This document shows positions 36,255 through 46,653 of a DNA stretch of 64,000 nucleotides, piece after piece. The DNA is from a virus, in IMG/VR virus record IMGVR_UViG_3300047373_000579, positions 1-64,000 of that record. One strand, 5' to 3'. The notes under the pieces are model-generated. The model was not told the origin of the DNA. It saw nothing but the letters and a program-made list of their open reading frames with translations, and did not search any database. Every line of letters begins with the position of its first letter. Position 1 is the first letter of the stretch. A program made the position numbers and the translations under genes.

Positions 36255-38190
36255 TAAAGAAAAAAATAAAGAACCATATCTTTTACAAGATGAGAAGTCT
36301 TTGGATGAACTCAAAAATGTCGACACAACCATAATTGAGCCTGAAGACCAAGAAAAAGCTAGTAAAAATGACAATGAAGGTAAAAAAATAACCGATTTAA
36401 TAAAAAAGGCTAAACCTGAAAATGTTAAATATCAGGAAGACGGTTCAATTGAAATAACAAATGAGGGTGATTTAGCTGAAGATGAGGTAAACGAATACAA
36501 AGAAACAGAAGGTTTTCATTTTGATAAACTACAAATAAAAGGACAAGACGAAAAGAAATTTTTAGAATTTTTACAAGCTGTAGCGGATGGGAAAGTAGAT
36601 GTTGGTTCTGTTTCTTTAGGGGCTAAGGGAGATTTAACAATACAAAAAGCTCACTATGACCCAACATTAAATAAAAAGGGAAAAATATTAACTAATGAAT
36701 CATTTAAAAAATTAGTTAATAACTTTAATAGAATTAATTTGTCAGAGTCAGATATTATTAATATACTTGAAGAAACTCAGAACCCTACGATGACTAAATC
36801 TGAGTTATTGGAAACTATACAAAACAATTTAATATCCGAAGCAAATATGAACGATAACGTAAGACAAAATTTTGAAAGTGGTGAAAACGATTACCAAGAT
36901 ATATTAGGTGGTGAACTAACTAATCAGTTAGCCCAAGAAGCCTTCCAAGAAATAGCTGATGATATTAGAAGAAAAACAGGTAAACAAAATGTTACCTTAG
37001 GCGATGTACAAAACCTTTTGGGCACATCTTTAATGGCGGCAGCAAAAGAAGAGTATAGAATTGGCACTGAAAGTTTGGAAAGAAAAGCGGTAGATATGAT
37101 TCGTAAACAATACAACATCCCTGCTGATGCTGTTGAATTTGATGCTAAGATTGTGGGATTACCACCTCAAATGTTGGTTGGTGGTGATATGTCTCCTCAA
37201 CAAATGGAACAATTATCAAACCAAGCTGGAATTAAGGTTGGTAAAATTAATCGTGAGGGTTTAAAAATGTCTAAAGGTGATAAACAACCACCCCAAGGTA
37301 AATCTCATGATGAATTAAAACCACAAATAAAAAGACGTAGATTGACTAACGCTATGATGCATGGAGCGGCTAGAAAGTCACAAAATCTACACCATTTAGA
37401 TGACCAATTAAGGGATGAAAACCCTCAGTTAGGTAGAAATTACGCTAATTTAATGGCAGCCAATGACGCTAACTATTTTTTAATAGATGATGAAACAATT
37501 AAAAGAGAAGGGGAGAGTGGTATTCACGCTGGTAATGTTAGAGTAGACCTTTCTAACAGAGAAAAACCAAAAATTATAGCTCAAGGGATGGTATTCCCAA
37601 TACTTTTACATGAATTATCTAAAGGTGTGGTAGAGTTAATGTCATTATGGGGTTTACCTGAAGATGCTGAAACAAGAAGATATGTTTTAGATAAAACAGA
37701 TAACTTATCTTCTGAAACAAATGACATTCGTTTGGGTACAAAAATTTGGGAAAGGTTCGTATCTCAAATTCCTGTAGATAATCAAGAAGTGATTTCTTTA
37801 ACTTGGAATATGTTACAAGAATTACCCGATACTGAATATAATAACGTCATAGAGGGGTTAATTCAAAATAGTACTAACGCTGAACAAAAAGTTAGGAGAT
37901 TGGCTGATGAAGCTTTAGAAGAGTTAAGAAAAGAATCTTCTGATGACGTTTTTGGTGGTTATGACGATAGCCCTGAAGAAGAAGATGATGGTGATACTTT
38001 AACACCACCAGAAGAAGAGGGTGGTAGAGAGGTAACACCTTCTCCCGAAATAGATGAACCATCTGAACCATCTGAACCTGACTATGAAAGAATGTCAAAA
38101 AGAGAATTAGAAAGAGAAATTGATTCGGCTTTAGACACTGGGGATATGGAACTAGTTAGACATCTAGGTTCAATCCTAAATAAGAAATAA
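36247..38190 (+). CDS. hypothetical head-associated protein
   Basis: 647 aa; several L/I-x-E sites (LTNES, LSES, LISEA); FPILLHELSKG motif. Confidence 0.75.
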   Translation: MSNKEKNKEPYLLQDEKSLDELKNVDTTIIEPEDQEKASKNDNEGKKITDLIKKAKPENVKYQEDGSIEITNEGDLAEDEVNEYKETEGFHFDKLQIKGQDEKKFLEFLQAVADGKVDVGSVSLGAKGDLTIQKAHYDPTLNKKGKILTNESFKKLVNNFNRINLSESDIINILEETQNPTMTKSELLETIQNNLISEANMNDNVRQNFESGENDYQDILGGELTNQLAQEAFQEIADDIRRKTGKQNVTLGDVQNLLGTSLMAAAKEEYRIGTESLERKAVDMIRKQYNIPADAVEFDAKIVGLPPQMLVGGDMSPQQMEQLSNQAGIKVGKINREGLKMSKGDKQPPQGKSHDELKPQIKRRRLTNAMMHGAARKSQNLHHLDDQLRDENPQLGRNYANLMAANDANYFLIDDETIKREGESGIHAGNVRVDLSNREKPKIIAQGMVFPILLHELSKGVVELMSLWGLPEDAETRRYVLDKTDNLSSETNDIRLGTKIWERFVSQIPVDNQEVISLTWNMLQELPDTEYNNVIEGLIQNSTNAEQKVRRLADEALEELRKESSDDVFGGYDDSPEEEDDGDTLTPPEEEGGREVTPSPEIDEPSEPSEPDYERMSKRELEREIDSALDTGDMELVRHLGSILNKK

Positions 38191-38222
38191 CAGATTAGGA
38201 CTGTTATAGTCTACGGACTACG

Positions 38223-38258
38223 AAACCCACTAAAGTTCGCTACTATGGTGGGTTTTTT
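38223..38258 (+). terminator. intrinsic terminator with long loop
   Basis: AAACCCAC...GTGGGTTT followed by T run. Confidence 0.65.
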
Positions 38259-38268
38259 CTTGCACATC

Positions 38269-38277
38269 GATATTTAT
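38269..38277 (+). promoter_or_regulatory. putative late promoter GATATTTAT
   Basis: 4 nt upstream of terminase ATG. Confidence 0.65.
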
Positions 38278-38281
38278 AGGT

Positions 38282-40141
38282 ATGAGTATTAGTAAAGGAC
38301 AAATGATGTATGAAATAGGGAAATGTATGAAAGACCCTATATACGCGATTGAGTCTTACCTTGAAACTGAGGATAGGACACAAGGTGGGTTTGTTCCGTT
38401 TAAACTATTCCCTAGACAAAAAGAGTTAGTCGATGCTTATCGTGTTAATGACCATAATATAGTCATGAAACCTAGACAGGCAGGTATATCAACAACTACC
38501 GCAGCTTTTTTAGCGATACTAACAGCTTTAGCTTCAAATAAAAGTACCCAAAAAATTCTTATTGCAGCAAATAAACAAGAAACAGCAAAAGAATTCTTAA
38601 AAAAAATTAGAGATTTCACAGTACAATTACCATCTTGGATGGATGTATATAGACCACCAAACTCAGAGTCGTGGTTTGACCCTGAAAAAAATTCTAGTTC
38701 ACACTATAAATTATGGAATGGTTCTGAGGTTAAGGCGGTAGCTTCTTCAAAAGATGCTTTAAGGGGTTATACCCCATCAGTCATTGTTGTGGATGAGGCA
38801 GCTTTTATTGAAGGTAATAAAGGTGAAGAATTCTATACAGCCGCTCAACCTTCATTATCGACAGGGGGTAGGTCAATACTTATTTCAACACCCAATGGAC
38901 ATGACCCACTGTACCATAAAGCTTATATTAACGCTGAAAGGGGTAAAAATAATTTTAATATTGTTTCTATGAAATGGTATGAAGACCCTAGATATAATGG
39001 TAGGAATAAAAATGAACAATTCCCACATGGTATGACTTGGAATTTATTTGATGAGAAAACTGGTGATGTTGTTGAAACTATATTTGACCCAGCTAGTGGT
39101 GATATAAACCATTACACAGGTGAAAAATGTACTGTACCTGAAGAAACTTGGCCTGATATGATTGAGAAAGGGTTTCAACCCACGTCTGGTTGGTTTGATG
39201 GTATGTGTGCTCAACTTAACCACAATGCTAGGTCAATTGCTCAAGAGTTACTTTGTTCATTTGTTGGTTCAGGTGATAATGTTATTGATGACAAATATAA
39301 AAACAGACAAAGTCGTGATAATGTTAAGGACCCAATAAGAAAAGAATGGATTGATGGTAATATGTGGATATGGGAAGACCCTATTAAGGACCACCAATAT
39401 ATTTTGTCCGCTGACCCATCTTCAGGTTCTTCTGATGATTTTGCTGGTCTTGTGATATGGGATTTTACAACAGGTAACCAAGTTGCTGAATATCACGGTA
39501 AAGTCGCTCCTGATGTATTGGGTGAAATATGTAAGTACTATGGTGAATCCTACAACGCTTTTATAGTGGTAGATATTACAGGTGGATGGGGAGCTTCGGT
39601 TGTTCTTAAGTTAATAGAACTAGGGTACCCAAAAAGAAACCTTTATTATGACGTAACTGTTGGTATTGATTCTGTAGAAAACAATAAAGCTTTACAGAAA
39701 TATATGGATAAAGGTAAATTACCTGGTTTAAATTTCCAAAAAAATAGAAACACAATAGTATCAAAACTGGAAGAATCGATAAGAATGGATTCATTTAAAA
39801 TTCGTTCTAAAAGAGCTTTAATGGAGATAGAAACCTTTGTATTTATTGGTGGTAGAGCAGACCACATGAAAGGTTATCACGATGACCTTTTAATGTCAAT
39901 AGCCATGTGTTGTTTTGTTGGTTCTACTTCTTTTAAAGATTTAGAGAAATCGAAAGGACAAGCTAAAGCGATGATTAGTAGTTGGTCTGTAGAGACTACT
40001 GATAGTAATGATAGTGAGACACTTAAAGAAGTTGTTGGTTCTAGTTTTTACACTGACAAAAAACCAAAAAATAACGTTACTACCGAACAATTTAAAGAAA
40101 ATATGTGGATTTTTGGTGGAATGAAAGGGTTTAGAAAATAA
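38282..40141 (+). CDS. terL: terminase large subunit (T4 gp17-like)
   Basis: FKLFPRQ, KPRQAGISTT (Walker A), VIVVDEAAF (Walker B), ISTPNG, ADPSSG..DD nuclease, HDDLLMS. Confidence 0.95.
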   Translation: MSISKGQMMYEIGKCMKDPIYAIESYLETEDRTQGGFVPFKLFPRQKELVDAYRVNDHNIVMKPRQAGISTTTAAFLAILTALASNKSTQKILIAANKQETAKEFLKKIRDFTVQLPSWMDVYRPPNSESWFDPEKNSSSHYKLWNGSEVKAVASSKDALRGYTPSVIVVDEAAFIEGNKGEEFYTAAQPSLSTGGRSILISTPNGHDPLYHKAYINAERGKNNFNIVSMKWYEDPRYNGRNKNEQFPHGMTWNLFDEKTGDVVETIFDPASGDINHYTGEKCTVPEETWPDMIEKGFQPTSGWFDGMCAQLNHNARSIAQELLCSFVGSGDNVIDDKYKNRQSRDNVKDPIRKEWIDGNMWIWEDPIKDHQYILSADPSSGSSDDFAGLVIWDFTTGNQVAEYHGKVAPDVLGEICKYYGESYNAFIVVDITGGWGASVVLKLIELGYPKRNLYYDVTVGIDSVENNKALQKYMDKGKLPGLNFQKNRNTIVSKLEESIRMDSFKIRSKRALMEIETFVFIGGRADHMKGYHDDLLMSIAMCCFVGSTSFKDLEKSKGQAKAMISSWSVETTDSNDSETLKEVVGSSFYTDKKPKNNVTTEQFKENMWIFGGMKGFRK

Positions 40142-40145
40142 TATT

Positions 40146-40385
40146 ATGGCAAATAAAATAACATCAAAGAGTCCTTTTAAAGGGAAACCAAATCGTAGAG
40201 CTGGTACTGGCCCAGTTTACAATAAGTTTAATACACCACCTAGAATTTCTAGTGGTAGAGTTAAAACTAATACATTAGAAAAAGAACCTTGTTTTGGGCC
40301 TTACGACAACATAACTAATTATGTTTGGGTAATAGATGTTTCTAATGGTAATCATTTGGCATATGTAGATTGTGATTATGTATAA
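40146..40385 (+). CDS. hypothetical basic protein
   Basis: 79-aa ORF between terminase and portal. Confidence 0.65.
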   Translation: MANKITSKSPFKGKPNRRAGTGPVYNKFNTPPRISSGRVKTNTLEKEPCFGPYDNITNYVWVIDVSNGNHLAYVDCDYV

Positions 40386-40428
40386 CATAACCTTCACATT
40401 AATAAATGTGTTAATTACATTTATGGAT

Positions 40429-40437
40429 GATATTTAT
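40429..40437 (+). promoter_or_regulatory. putative late promoter GATATTTAT
   Basis: Upstream of portal gene. Confidence 0.65.
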
Positions 40438-40456
40438 AAGAGAATATTAAATAAAA

Positions 40457-42316
40457 ATGGCAGAAGAAAATAAAAATTTAACAGTATACCAAAAACTATT
40501 TTACCTTTTTGGTCAGGGTGGTGGACCTAAAACTAATGCCACATACAACAAGTATAGTTTAAGTGACAAAGATTTAATCGTAACAAAATCAAAACAAGAT
40601 TTCCAAAAAGAAAAATTACAGTTACAACAACAAAAATATTTAGAGGGTCAATGGGCTAAAGTAGATAACGAACTCTACCAAAAATCAGTGTTTTATGAAA
40701 CCTCTAGAGTGGCTTCTTATATGGATTTTGAAGCTATGGAATTCACACCTGAAATTGCTGTGGCCTTAGATATTATGTCTGAAGAATCTTGTACTTTAAA
40801 TGAACAGGGTAGAATAATGTCTATATACTCAGATTCAAATAGAATTAAAAAAATTCTTGATGATTTATTTTTTAATGTTTTAGATATTCACTCTAATTTA
40901 CCAATGTGGACTAGAAATACTTGTAAATACGGTGATAACTTTGTTTACCTAAAAATAGACTATAAAGACGGTATTGTTGGAGCAAATCAATTAACCAATG
41001 TAGACATAGAAAGAAAAGAGGCTGATTCATTTCCATTTCAAAGAAACACTGAAGAAATAGAAGGGGAGATGAAAAAGAAAAACGTCACTTTTGTATGGAA
41101 AGATAAAAGTTTAGATTTTAATGCGTGGGAAGTAGCTCATTTTAGGTTACTTGGTGATGATAGAAAATTACCTTATGGTACTTCAGTGTTAGAAAAAGTT
41201 AGACGTATATGGAAACAATTACTTTTAGCTGAAGATGCTATGTTGGTTTATCGTGTGACAAGGGCACCTGAAAGAAGGGTTTTTAAAGTTTATGTTGGTA
41301 ATATTGATGACGCTGATGTTGAATCTTATGTGCAAAAAGTTGCTAATAAATTTAAAAGAACACAAGTAACCGATAGTCAAACAGGTCAAGCAGATGTTAG
41401 GTATAACACATTAGCTGTTGACCAAGATTATTTTGTACCAGTTAGAGACCCTAACGCTTCAATGCCAATTGAGACTCTCCCTGGGGCAACGAACCTAGAC
41501 CAAATAGCGGACATTCAATTTATTCAAAGAAAAATGGTTACAGCTCTTAGAGTACCAAAAACTTTCTTAGGTTTTGAAGAACCAACAGGTGAAGGTAAAA
41601 ATTTAGCTTTAATGGATATTAGATTCGCAAGAACTATTAATAGAATCCAACAAGCTATGATTCAAGAATTGAATAAAATTGCTATTATTCATTTATATAT
41701 CTTAGGTTTTCACGATGAAATAAATAATTTTAAACTATCTCTTAACAACCCATCTACTCAAGGTGAGATGTTAAAAGTAGAACAATGGAAAGAAAAAGTA
41801 TTACTTTATAAAGATTTAGTCGCTCCTGTAGATGGTGGTATCGCACCAACATCACATACTTGGGCTAAAAAGAATATCTTTAATTGGTCATCGGAAGAAA
41901 TACTAGAAGATTTAGAACAACAAAGACTAGAGAAGGCTGCATCAGCTGAATTAGAACAAACCCCTAATATTATTAAAAACACAGGATTCTTTAAGAAAGT
42001 AGATAAATTATACGGAGAATTACCGATGGACCAAGGGGAAGGAGCTGAGGCGGGAGCTGAAGGTGGTGATACAGGTGGCTTTGGTGGAGACACTGGAGGA
42101 GGCTTTGGTGGAGACACAGGTGGTGGATTTGGAGATGATACTGGAGGATTCGGAGATGATACTGGAGGAGATGATACTGGAGGATTCGGTGAAAGTTTTA
42201 GGGGGGATGAAGACACTATAGATAGACTTTTATTAGAAGGAAAAAGAAAAAATGAAGATATTTCTACGATGACTAAAGGTATCGATGACTTATTAAATGA
42301 AGAAAGTGAGGATTAA
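40457..42316 (+). CDS. portal protein (T4 gp20-like)
   Basis: PEIAVALDI, EDAMLVYRVTRAPERRVFKVYVGN, DYFVP.R, IETLPGA, ALRVP. Confidence 0.95.
   Translation: MAEENKNLTVYQKLFYLFGQGGGPKTNATYNKYSLSDKDLIVTKSKQDFQKEKLQLQQQKYLEGQWAKVDNELYQKSVFYETSRVASYMDFEAMEFTPEIAVALDIMSEESCTLNEQGRIMSIYSDSNRIKKILDDLFFNVLDIHSNLPMWTRNTCKYGDNFVYLKIDYKDGIVGANQLTNVDIERKEADSFPFQRNTEEIEGEMKKKNVTFVWKDKSLDFNAWEVAHFRLLGDDRKLPYGTSVLEKVRRIWKQLLLAEDAMLVYRVTRAPERRVFKVYVGNIDDADVESYVQKVANKFKRTQVTDSQTGQADVRYNTLAVDQDYFVPVRDPNASMPIETLPGATNLDQIADIQFIQRKMVTALRVPKTFLGFEEPTGEGKNLALMDIRFARTINRIQQAMIQELNKIAIIHLYILGFHDEINNFKLSLNNPSTQGEMLKVEQWKEKVLLYKDLVAPVDGGIAPTSHTWAKKNIFNWSSEEILEDLEQQRLEKAASAELEQTPNIIKNTGFFKKVDKLYGELPMDQGEGAEAGAEGGDTGGFGGDTGGGFGGDTGGGFGDDTGGFGDDTGGDDTGGFGESFRGDEDTIDRLLLEGKRKNEDISTMTKGIDDLLNEESED
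42061..42190 (+). repeat. G(G/D)DTGG(G)F coding repeats in portal C-terminal tail
   Basis: About six DTGG-containing units. Confidence 0.75.
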
Positions 42317-42363
42317 TTTTAAATACTTACAAATTAAGGCATATTTATTTTAAAAATAATACA

Positions 42364-43164
42364 ATGAATTTTGGTACATTAAAAGATATATTTTGTTTAA
42401 AACTAATAGAATCTTATTCTTCTGAAGACGAAATTTCTAAAGAACACGGTAAAGATTTATATAAAAAGTTTTTAAAAACAATAAATGAAAGTGAAACATT
42501 AAAAACAGCCTTTATTGTTTTTAAGAATATTGAAACTGAGACTTTAAGTAGTGAAATCTCAGCCAATGAGTATTTAAAAGAGTCTATTAAATTATTTAAA
42601 AATAAAAAATCATTAACTAAGGAAATCAATAAATTAACTAATTTATTAGAGAGTAATGGTATTGATTATAAAGATTCAAAAACAACAAAACTACATAGAG
42701 ATATACAAAATCTAATAACTTCACCTAGAAACATTGGGACTTTACAAAAGTTACAAGAATCTAGGGAAAGTATAACTGAGTGGTTAGTTACAGATAAAAT
42801 TAAAATAAACGAAACAGAATCAGAGGAGGATTTAATTAGGAAAAATGTTGACCCTAAAAAATTCTTAAACATTGCTGTAAATAAATTTAATGAAAAATAT
42901 AAAGATTCATTAAACGAAGAGGAAAAATATATATTAAAAGTTTTACGTGAAAACAATGAAGACACAATTAAAGAATTAGTGTTAAATTTAGTGAAAGAAA
43001 CAGTAACCCTTGTTAATAAACATTTAAATGAGAACGGAGAAAATATTAATATTAAAGGAAAATTGTTAGAAACTAAGGACACAATATACAGAATGTCTGA
43101 AGATAACGGCAATTTTAATCAAAATATTTTAAAATTGTATGAGTTAAAAAAGAGTTTAAATTAA
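42364..43164 (+). CDS. hypothetical head-assembly protein
   Basis: 266 aa, helical; follows portal; CATATTTAT at 42340-42348. Confidence 0.7.
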   Translation: MNFGTLKDIFCLKLIESYSSEDEISKEHGKDLYKKFLKTINESETLKTAFIVFKNIETETLSSEISANEYLKESIKLFKNKKSLTKEINKLTNLLESNGIDYKDSKTTKLHRDIQNLITSPRNIGTLQKLQESRESITEWLVTDKIKINETESEEDLIRKNVDPKKFLNIAVNKFNEKYKDSLNEEEKYILKVLRENNEDTIKELVLNLVKETVTLVNKHLNENGENINIKGKLLETKDTIYRMSEDNGNFNQNILKLYELKKSLN

Positions 43165-43186
43165 ATTCTTAATAAAAAATCAGACA

Positions 43187-43783
43187 ATGTTAGAAGTTTT
43201 AATACCAATTTTTACTACTATTATAGGTGTGGTCGGAACATTATTAACCATATGGCTTAAACACAAATTAGACGCTAGTAAAAAAGAAGATAAGTGTATA
43301 ATCAATAAAACAGTAAAAGAAGATACTGAAATAATCTCAAGATTAGATGAAATTAAAGAAGAGATAGATGCGGACAGAATATCTATATACTCTTTCCATA
43401 ATGGTGGAGAATATTATTCAGGTAAATCAATGCAAAAACTATCTTGTTCTTACGAGGTGGTAAAACCTGGTGTTTCTAGAACACAATTAACTGCACAAAA
43501 TATTCCTGTTTCAGCTTGTTTAACCACTTTACAAAATTTAATGGAAAATAAGGAGTTTCATTGTGTAGATGTAGAAAATAACTACCCTGAAAGTGCTTGT
43601 AAATTTCAGTTAGTTGAAAATGGTGTTAAATCAACTTATCAATATGCTATATTCAATTTAGAGAGAAAAGCTATAGGTATTCTTAGAGTTGATTTTGTTG
43701 GTGAGATGAATGAGTTAACTAATGAAGAAGAACACACTTTAAAATATTCCGCTATTAAACTTTCGGGATATTTACTTAAATAG
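43187..43783 (+). CDS. TM-anchored GAF-like domain protein (T4 holin T-like candidate)
   Basis: N-terminal TM; ADRISIYSFHNG, GVKS, IGILRVDF resemble a GAF fold. Confidence 0.55.
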   Translation: MLEVLIPIFTTIIGVVGTLLTIWLKHKLDASKKEDKCIINKTVKEDTEIISRLDEIKEEIDADRISIYSFHNGGEYYSGKSMQKLSCSYEVVKPGVSRTQLTAQNIPVSACLTTLQNLMENKEFHCVDVENNYPESACKFQLVENGVKSTYQYAIFNLERKAIGILRVDFVGEMNELTNEEEHTLKYSAIKLSGYLLK

Positions 43784-43812
43784 ATAATAAATAAATTAAA
43801 TAGTTTTATAAT

Positions 43813-44097
43813 ATGTTTAAAGATATGCTAAAAGAAAGAGGCAAATGGTCACAAGGTAGAGTTTATCTACTAGTATCTGTAGTCGTATACTATATTACAT
43901 TAGGGTTTTTAATGGTAGCTGGATTACACAAATCTAATAACGATTTAGATTTAGATAAATTTAAAATTATTATAGATGCGTTAGAATACGCAATGGTATT
44001 ATTTGGTGGTTATGTATTTGGTGGTAAGTTCTTAGATGTGGTTAAGGTTATTGGGGGTAAAAAAGATGACCCACCAAAAGAACAGAATATAGGATAA
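43813..44097 (+). CDS. two-TM membrane protein (holin candidate)
   Basis: Two hydrophobic helices with charged termini, 94 aa. Confidence 0.55.
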   Translation: MFKDMLKERGKWSQGRVYLLVSVVVYYITLGFLMVAGLHKSNNDLDLDKFKIIIDALEYAMVLFGGYVFGGKFLDVVKVIGGKKDDPPKEQNIG

Positions 44098-44106
44098 AAA
44101 ACGGAT

Positions 44107-44139
44107 AAAAGCCTCCTTATACCAAGGGGGCTTTTTTTT
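44107..44139 (+). terminator. intrinsic terminator
   Basis: AAAAGCCTCCTT / AAGGGGGCTTTT stem plus T run. Confidence 0.8.
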
Positions 44140-44192
44140 GTTACATAAAATGGTTATAATTAATAACAAATAACAATTGATAAAAAATAAAA

Positions 44193-45302
44193 ATGAAAAA
44201 AGTTTTTTTAGAATACGTTTGGTTGGACGGAAATCAACCACAACAATTAAGAAGTAAAACTAAAGTAACTAGTTTTGAAGAGGTAAAAGATTACATCCAT
44301 AGTGGGTTTGTTTGGAACTTACCCAAATGGTCTTTTGATGGAAGCTCAACAAAACAGGCTAAAGCCGGTAAAGGTGAAAATACAGATTGTATTTTAAAAC
44401 CTGTGTTTTCTTGTAATGACCCATTTAGAGGTGATAATCATTATATAGTCTTTTGTGAAGTCTTAAATCCAGACGGAACCTTACACCCAACAAATAAAAG
44501 AGGTGAGTTGAGAGAGTTTATGAAAAAAAATAAAATGATGGACTCTAAAGATAATCTAGAAAAATCTAATTGGTTTGGTTGGGAACAAGAATATACTTTA
44601 ACCACGAAACCAAATTTTAAAGAAGGTGAAGGATTACCCCTTGGTTTTAGACCAAAAGAAGAACCTAGACCACAAGGAGATTATTATTGTGGTGTTGGAG
44701 CAGATAATATCACAGGTAGAAGAATCGTGGAAGAACATTTAGAAAAATGTGTTGAAGCGGGTCTAGATATCTCAGGTATTAATGCTGAAGTTATGTTAGG
44801 ACAATGGGAATACCAAATTGGGCCTGTAACTTCTCTTGAGGGTTCAGACCAATTATGGGTTTCTAGGTACATTTTACAAAGAGTGGCAGAGGAAAACGGA
44901 GTTAAGGTATCTTTCCACCCCAAACCTAAAACAGGTGATTGGAATGGTTCAGGATGTCACGTTAATTTTTCAACCCCTGAAATGCGAGAAGAGGGTGGTA
45001 TTGAATTAATTAAAGATTCTGTAGAGAAATTGGCTTTAACACATGACGAACATATGAAAGTTTATGGTTTACATAATGATAAACGTATGACAGGTGAACA
45101 TGAAACTTCTAGTATAGACGATTTTAGTTATGGGTATAGTACTAGAGATACTAGTATTAGAATACCCGCTCAATCAAGTATCGATGGTAAAGGTTATTTT
45201 GAAGACCGTAGACCAGCTTCTAATTGTGACCCATACAGTGTGGCATTACGTATGTTACAAACTGTATATAACGAAGTTGAAGAACTTATGAGTATTGACT
45301 AA
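44193..45302 (+). CDS. glnII: glutamine synthetase type II
   Basis: EYVWLDG, WSFDGSST, EQEY, GINAEVM.GQWEYQIGP, DWNGSGCH, SIRIP, GYFEDRRPASNCDPY. Confidence 0.95.
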   Translation: MKKVFLEYVWLDGNQPQQLRSKTKVTSFEEVKDYIHSGFVWNLPKWSFDGSSTKQAKAGKGENTDCILKPVFSCNDPFRGDNHYIVFCEVLNPDGTLHPTNKRGELREFMKKNKMMDSKDNLEKSNWFGWEQEYTLTTKPNFKEGEGLPLGFRPKEEPRPQGDYYCGVGADNITGRRIVEEHLEKCVEAGLDISGINAEVMLGQWEYQIGPVTSLEGSDQLWVSRYILQRVAEENGVKVSFHPKPKTGDWNGSGCHVNFSTPEMREEGGIELIKDSVEKLALTHDEHMKVYGLHNDKRMTGEHETSSIDDFSYGYSTRDTSIRIPAQSSIDGKGYFEDRRPASNCDPYSVALRMLQTVYNEVEELMSID

Positions 45303-45310
45303 ATTAATTT

Positions 45311-45748
45311 ATGAAAAGAGGAAAAGAAATGAAGATAGAAACACCATATCAATATAACATAAAATCAGGAACAGTAGATAACAAAAATCCAAAATCAGTT
45401 TATATTCAAATATCAGCTTGGGGTAAACCTAAAGACTCTGATATCGAGGACTATGAATCTATTTTAAGGAAAAAATCTAAAAGAGTTAAAAGAAAGTTAT
45501 TCGAGGTTTTAGATAATAATAACTTTTATAAAGATAAATCTATTGTTGATTTTAATATGGCTTCTTCAGGTGTTAGTTATGGAAAAAGAAGTTTTATGTC
45601 AGTGGAAGTTACTTTATTTAAAAAAGAACCATTATTACCAATAAATTCAGATAAAATGATTCCAATGGTAAAAAATATATCAGAAAAAATAATAACCGAT
45701 GTTTTTGAAAAAGATGAAAATTTTAAATTTTTTAAGAAAAAAAGTTAA
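45311..45748 (+). CDS. hypothetical protein
   Basis: 145-aa ORF directly after glutamine synthetase. Confidence 0.75.
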   Translation: MKRGKEMKIETPYQYNIKSGTVDNKNPKSVYIQISAWGKPKDSDIEDYESILRKKSKRVKRKLFEVLDNNNFYKDKSIVDFNMASSGVSYGKRSFMSVEVTLFKKEPLLPINSDKMIPMVKNISEKIITDVFEKDENFKFFKKKS

Positions 45749-45841
45749 AATAAAAAAACTAACACTAAAAAGCAAGTCTCCTAGTTTAATAGAAAAGGAA
45801 AACTGGTTAAACGGTGAAGGTCCACAAACTGATTAATAATT

Positions 45842-45866
45842 AAAAGGGCTTTTTGCCCTTTTTTTT
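45842..45866 (+). terminator. intrinsic terminator
   Basis: AAAAGGGC-TTTTT-GCCC plus T run. Confidence 0.65.
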
Positions 45867-45921
45867 ATTGGTAAACCTAAAACATAAGGTTTATTAGCAT
45901 ATTTATAGAAAAAGTATAGAT

Positions 45922-46653
45922 ATGAAAATATTAAAACCAGGTGAAGAAGGTTATGGATTCCTAGTAGAATACGATTCTGGATTTGTATCGTCTGAACTAA
46001 CCTGCCAAGATGGGGTGTGTTCAAACCACAATTTAATTAACGAATTTAAATCAGGATTAAGTCTAGGACAAGATGGTTCTTTACCAGACAAAATAGAAAT
46101 ATATGCTGTACTCCAAAAATGGGGTGTAGAAAATAAAAACGGGAGAGTCTATCCCGAAGAAATCCTTAAAAGAGAGGCAAAAAGATACCAAGAATTTATT
46201 GACATGGGGACTTCACTAGGTGAGTTAAATCACCCCGAATCTTCAATTATTGATGCTGATAGAGTGTCACATATGATTTCAGAGATTTGGTGGAACGGTA
46301 GAACACTTATGGGTAAAATGGAATTGGACACAACTCCGGGTTATCTTAAGTCAGGTATTATTTCATCTGTAGGTGACAAAGTTCTTAATATGATTAGGAA
46401 GGGTTGGACCGTTGGTATTTCTTCAAGGGGTGTTGGTTCACTTAAAAATGAAAATGGTAAGAATGTGGTACAAGATGATTTTGAATTAATTTGTTGGGAT
46501 ATCGTTACGTCACCATCAACTCCAGGTTCTTGGATTTCTTCAAGTGAAAAAGATTTGAAACCTTATATGGAATCAACAAAAGATAATAAAACAAAATTAG
46601 TGGTTGAGAATGACTCTGACTTACTAGATAATTTAAATAAATTTTTATTGTAA
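45922..46653 (+). CDS. prohead core protease (T4 gp21-like)
   Basis: NKNGRVYP, LGELNHP, RVSH, GISSRGVGS, DFELICWDIVTSPST; CATATTTAT at 45898-45906. Confidence 0.93.
   Translation: MKILKPGEEGYGFLVEYDSGFVSSELTCQDGVCSNHNLINEFKSGLSLGQDGSLPDKIEIYAVLQKWGVENKNGRVYPEEILKREAKRYQEFIDMGTSLGELNHPESSIIDADRVSHMISEIWWNGRTLMGKMELDTTPGYLKSGIISSVGDKVLNMIRKGWTVGISSRGVGSLKNENGKNVVQDDFELICWDIVTSPSTPGSWISSSEKDLKPYMESTKDNKTKLVVENDSDLLDNLNKFLL

Noticed and set aside
36247-38190. LLHELSKG as a metalloprotease site
   Set aside because: Second His of HExxH is absent
38282-40141. Intein or intron in the terminase (insert after WYEDPR)
   Set aside because: Insert is short, in frame and lacks intein terminal motifs or a homing endonuclease
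45749-45841. Intergenic stretch as tRNA or hammerhead ribozyme
   Set aside because: Only a weak CTAGTTT/AAACTGG stem; no cloverleaf, T-loop or CUGAUGA core
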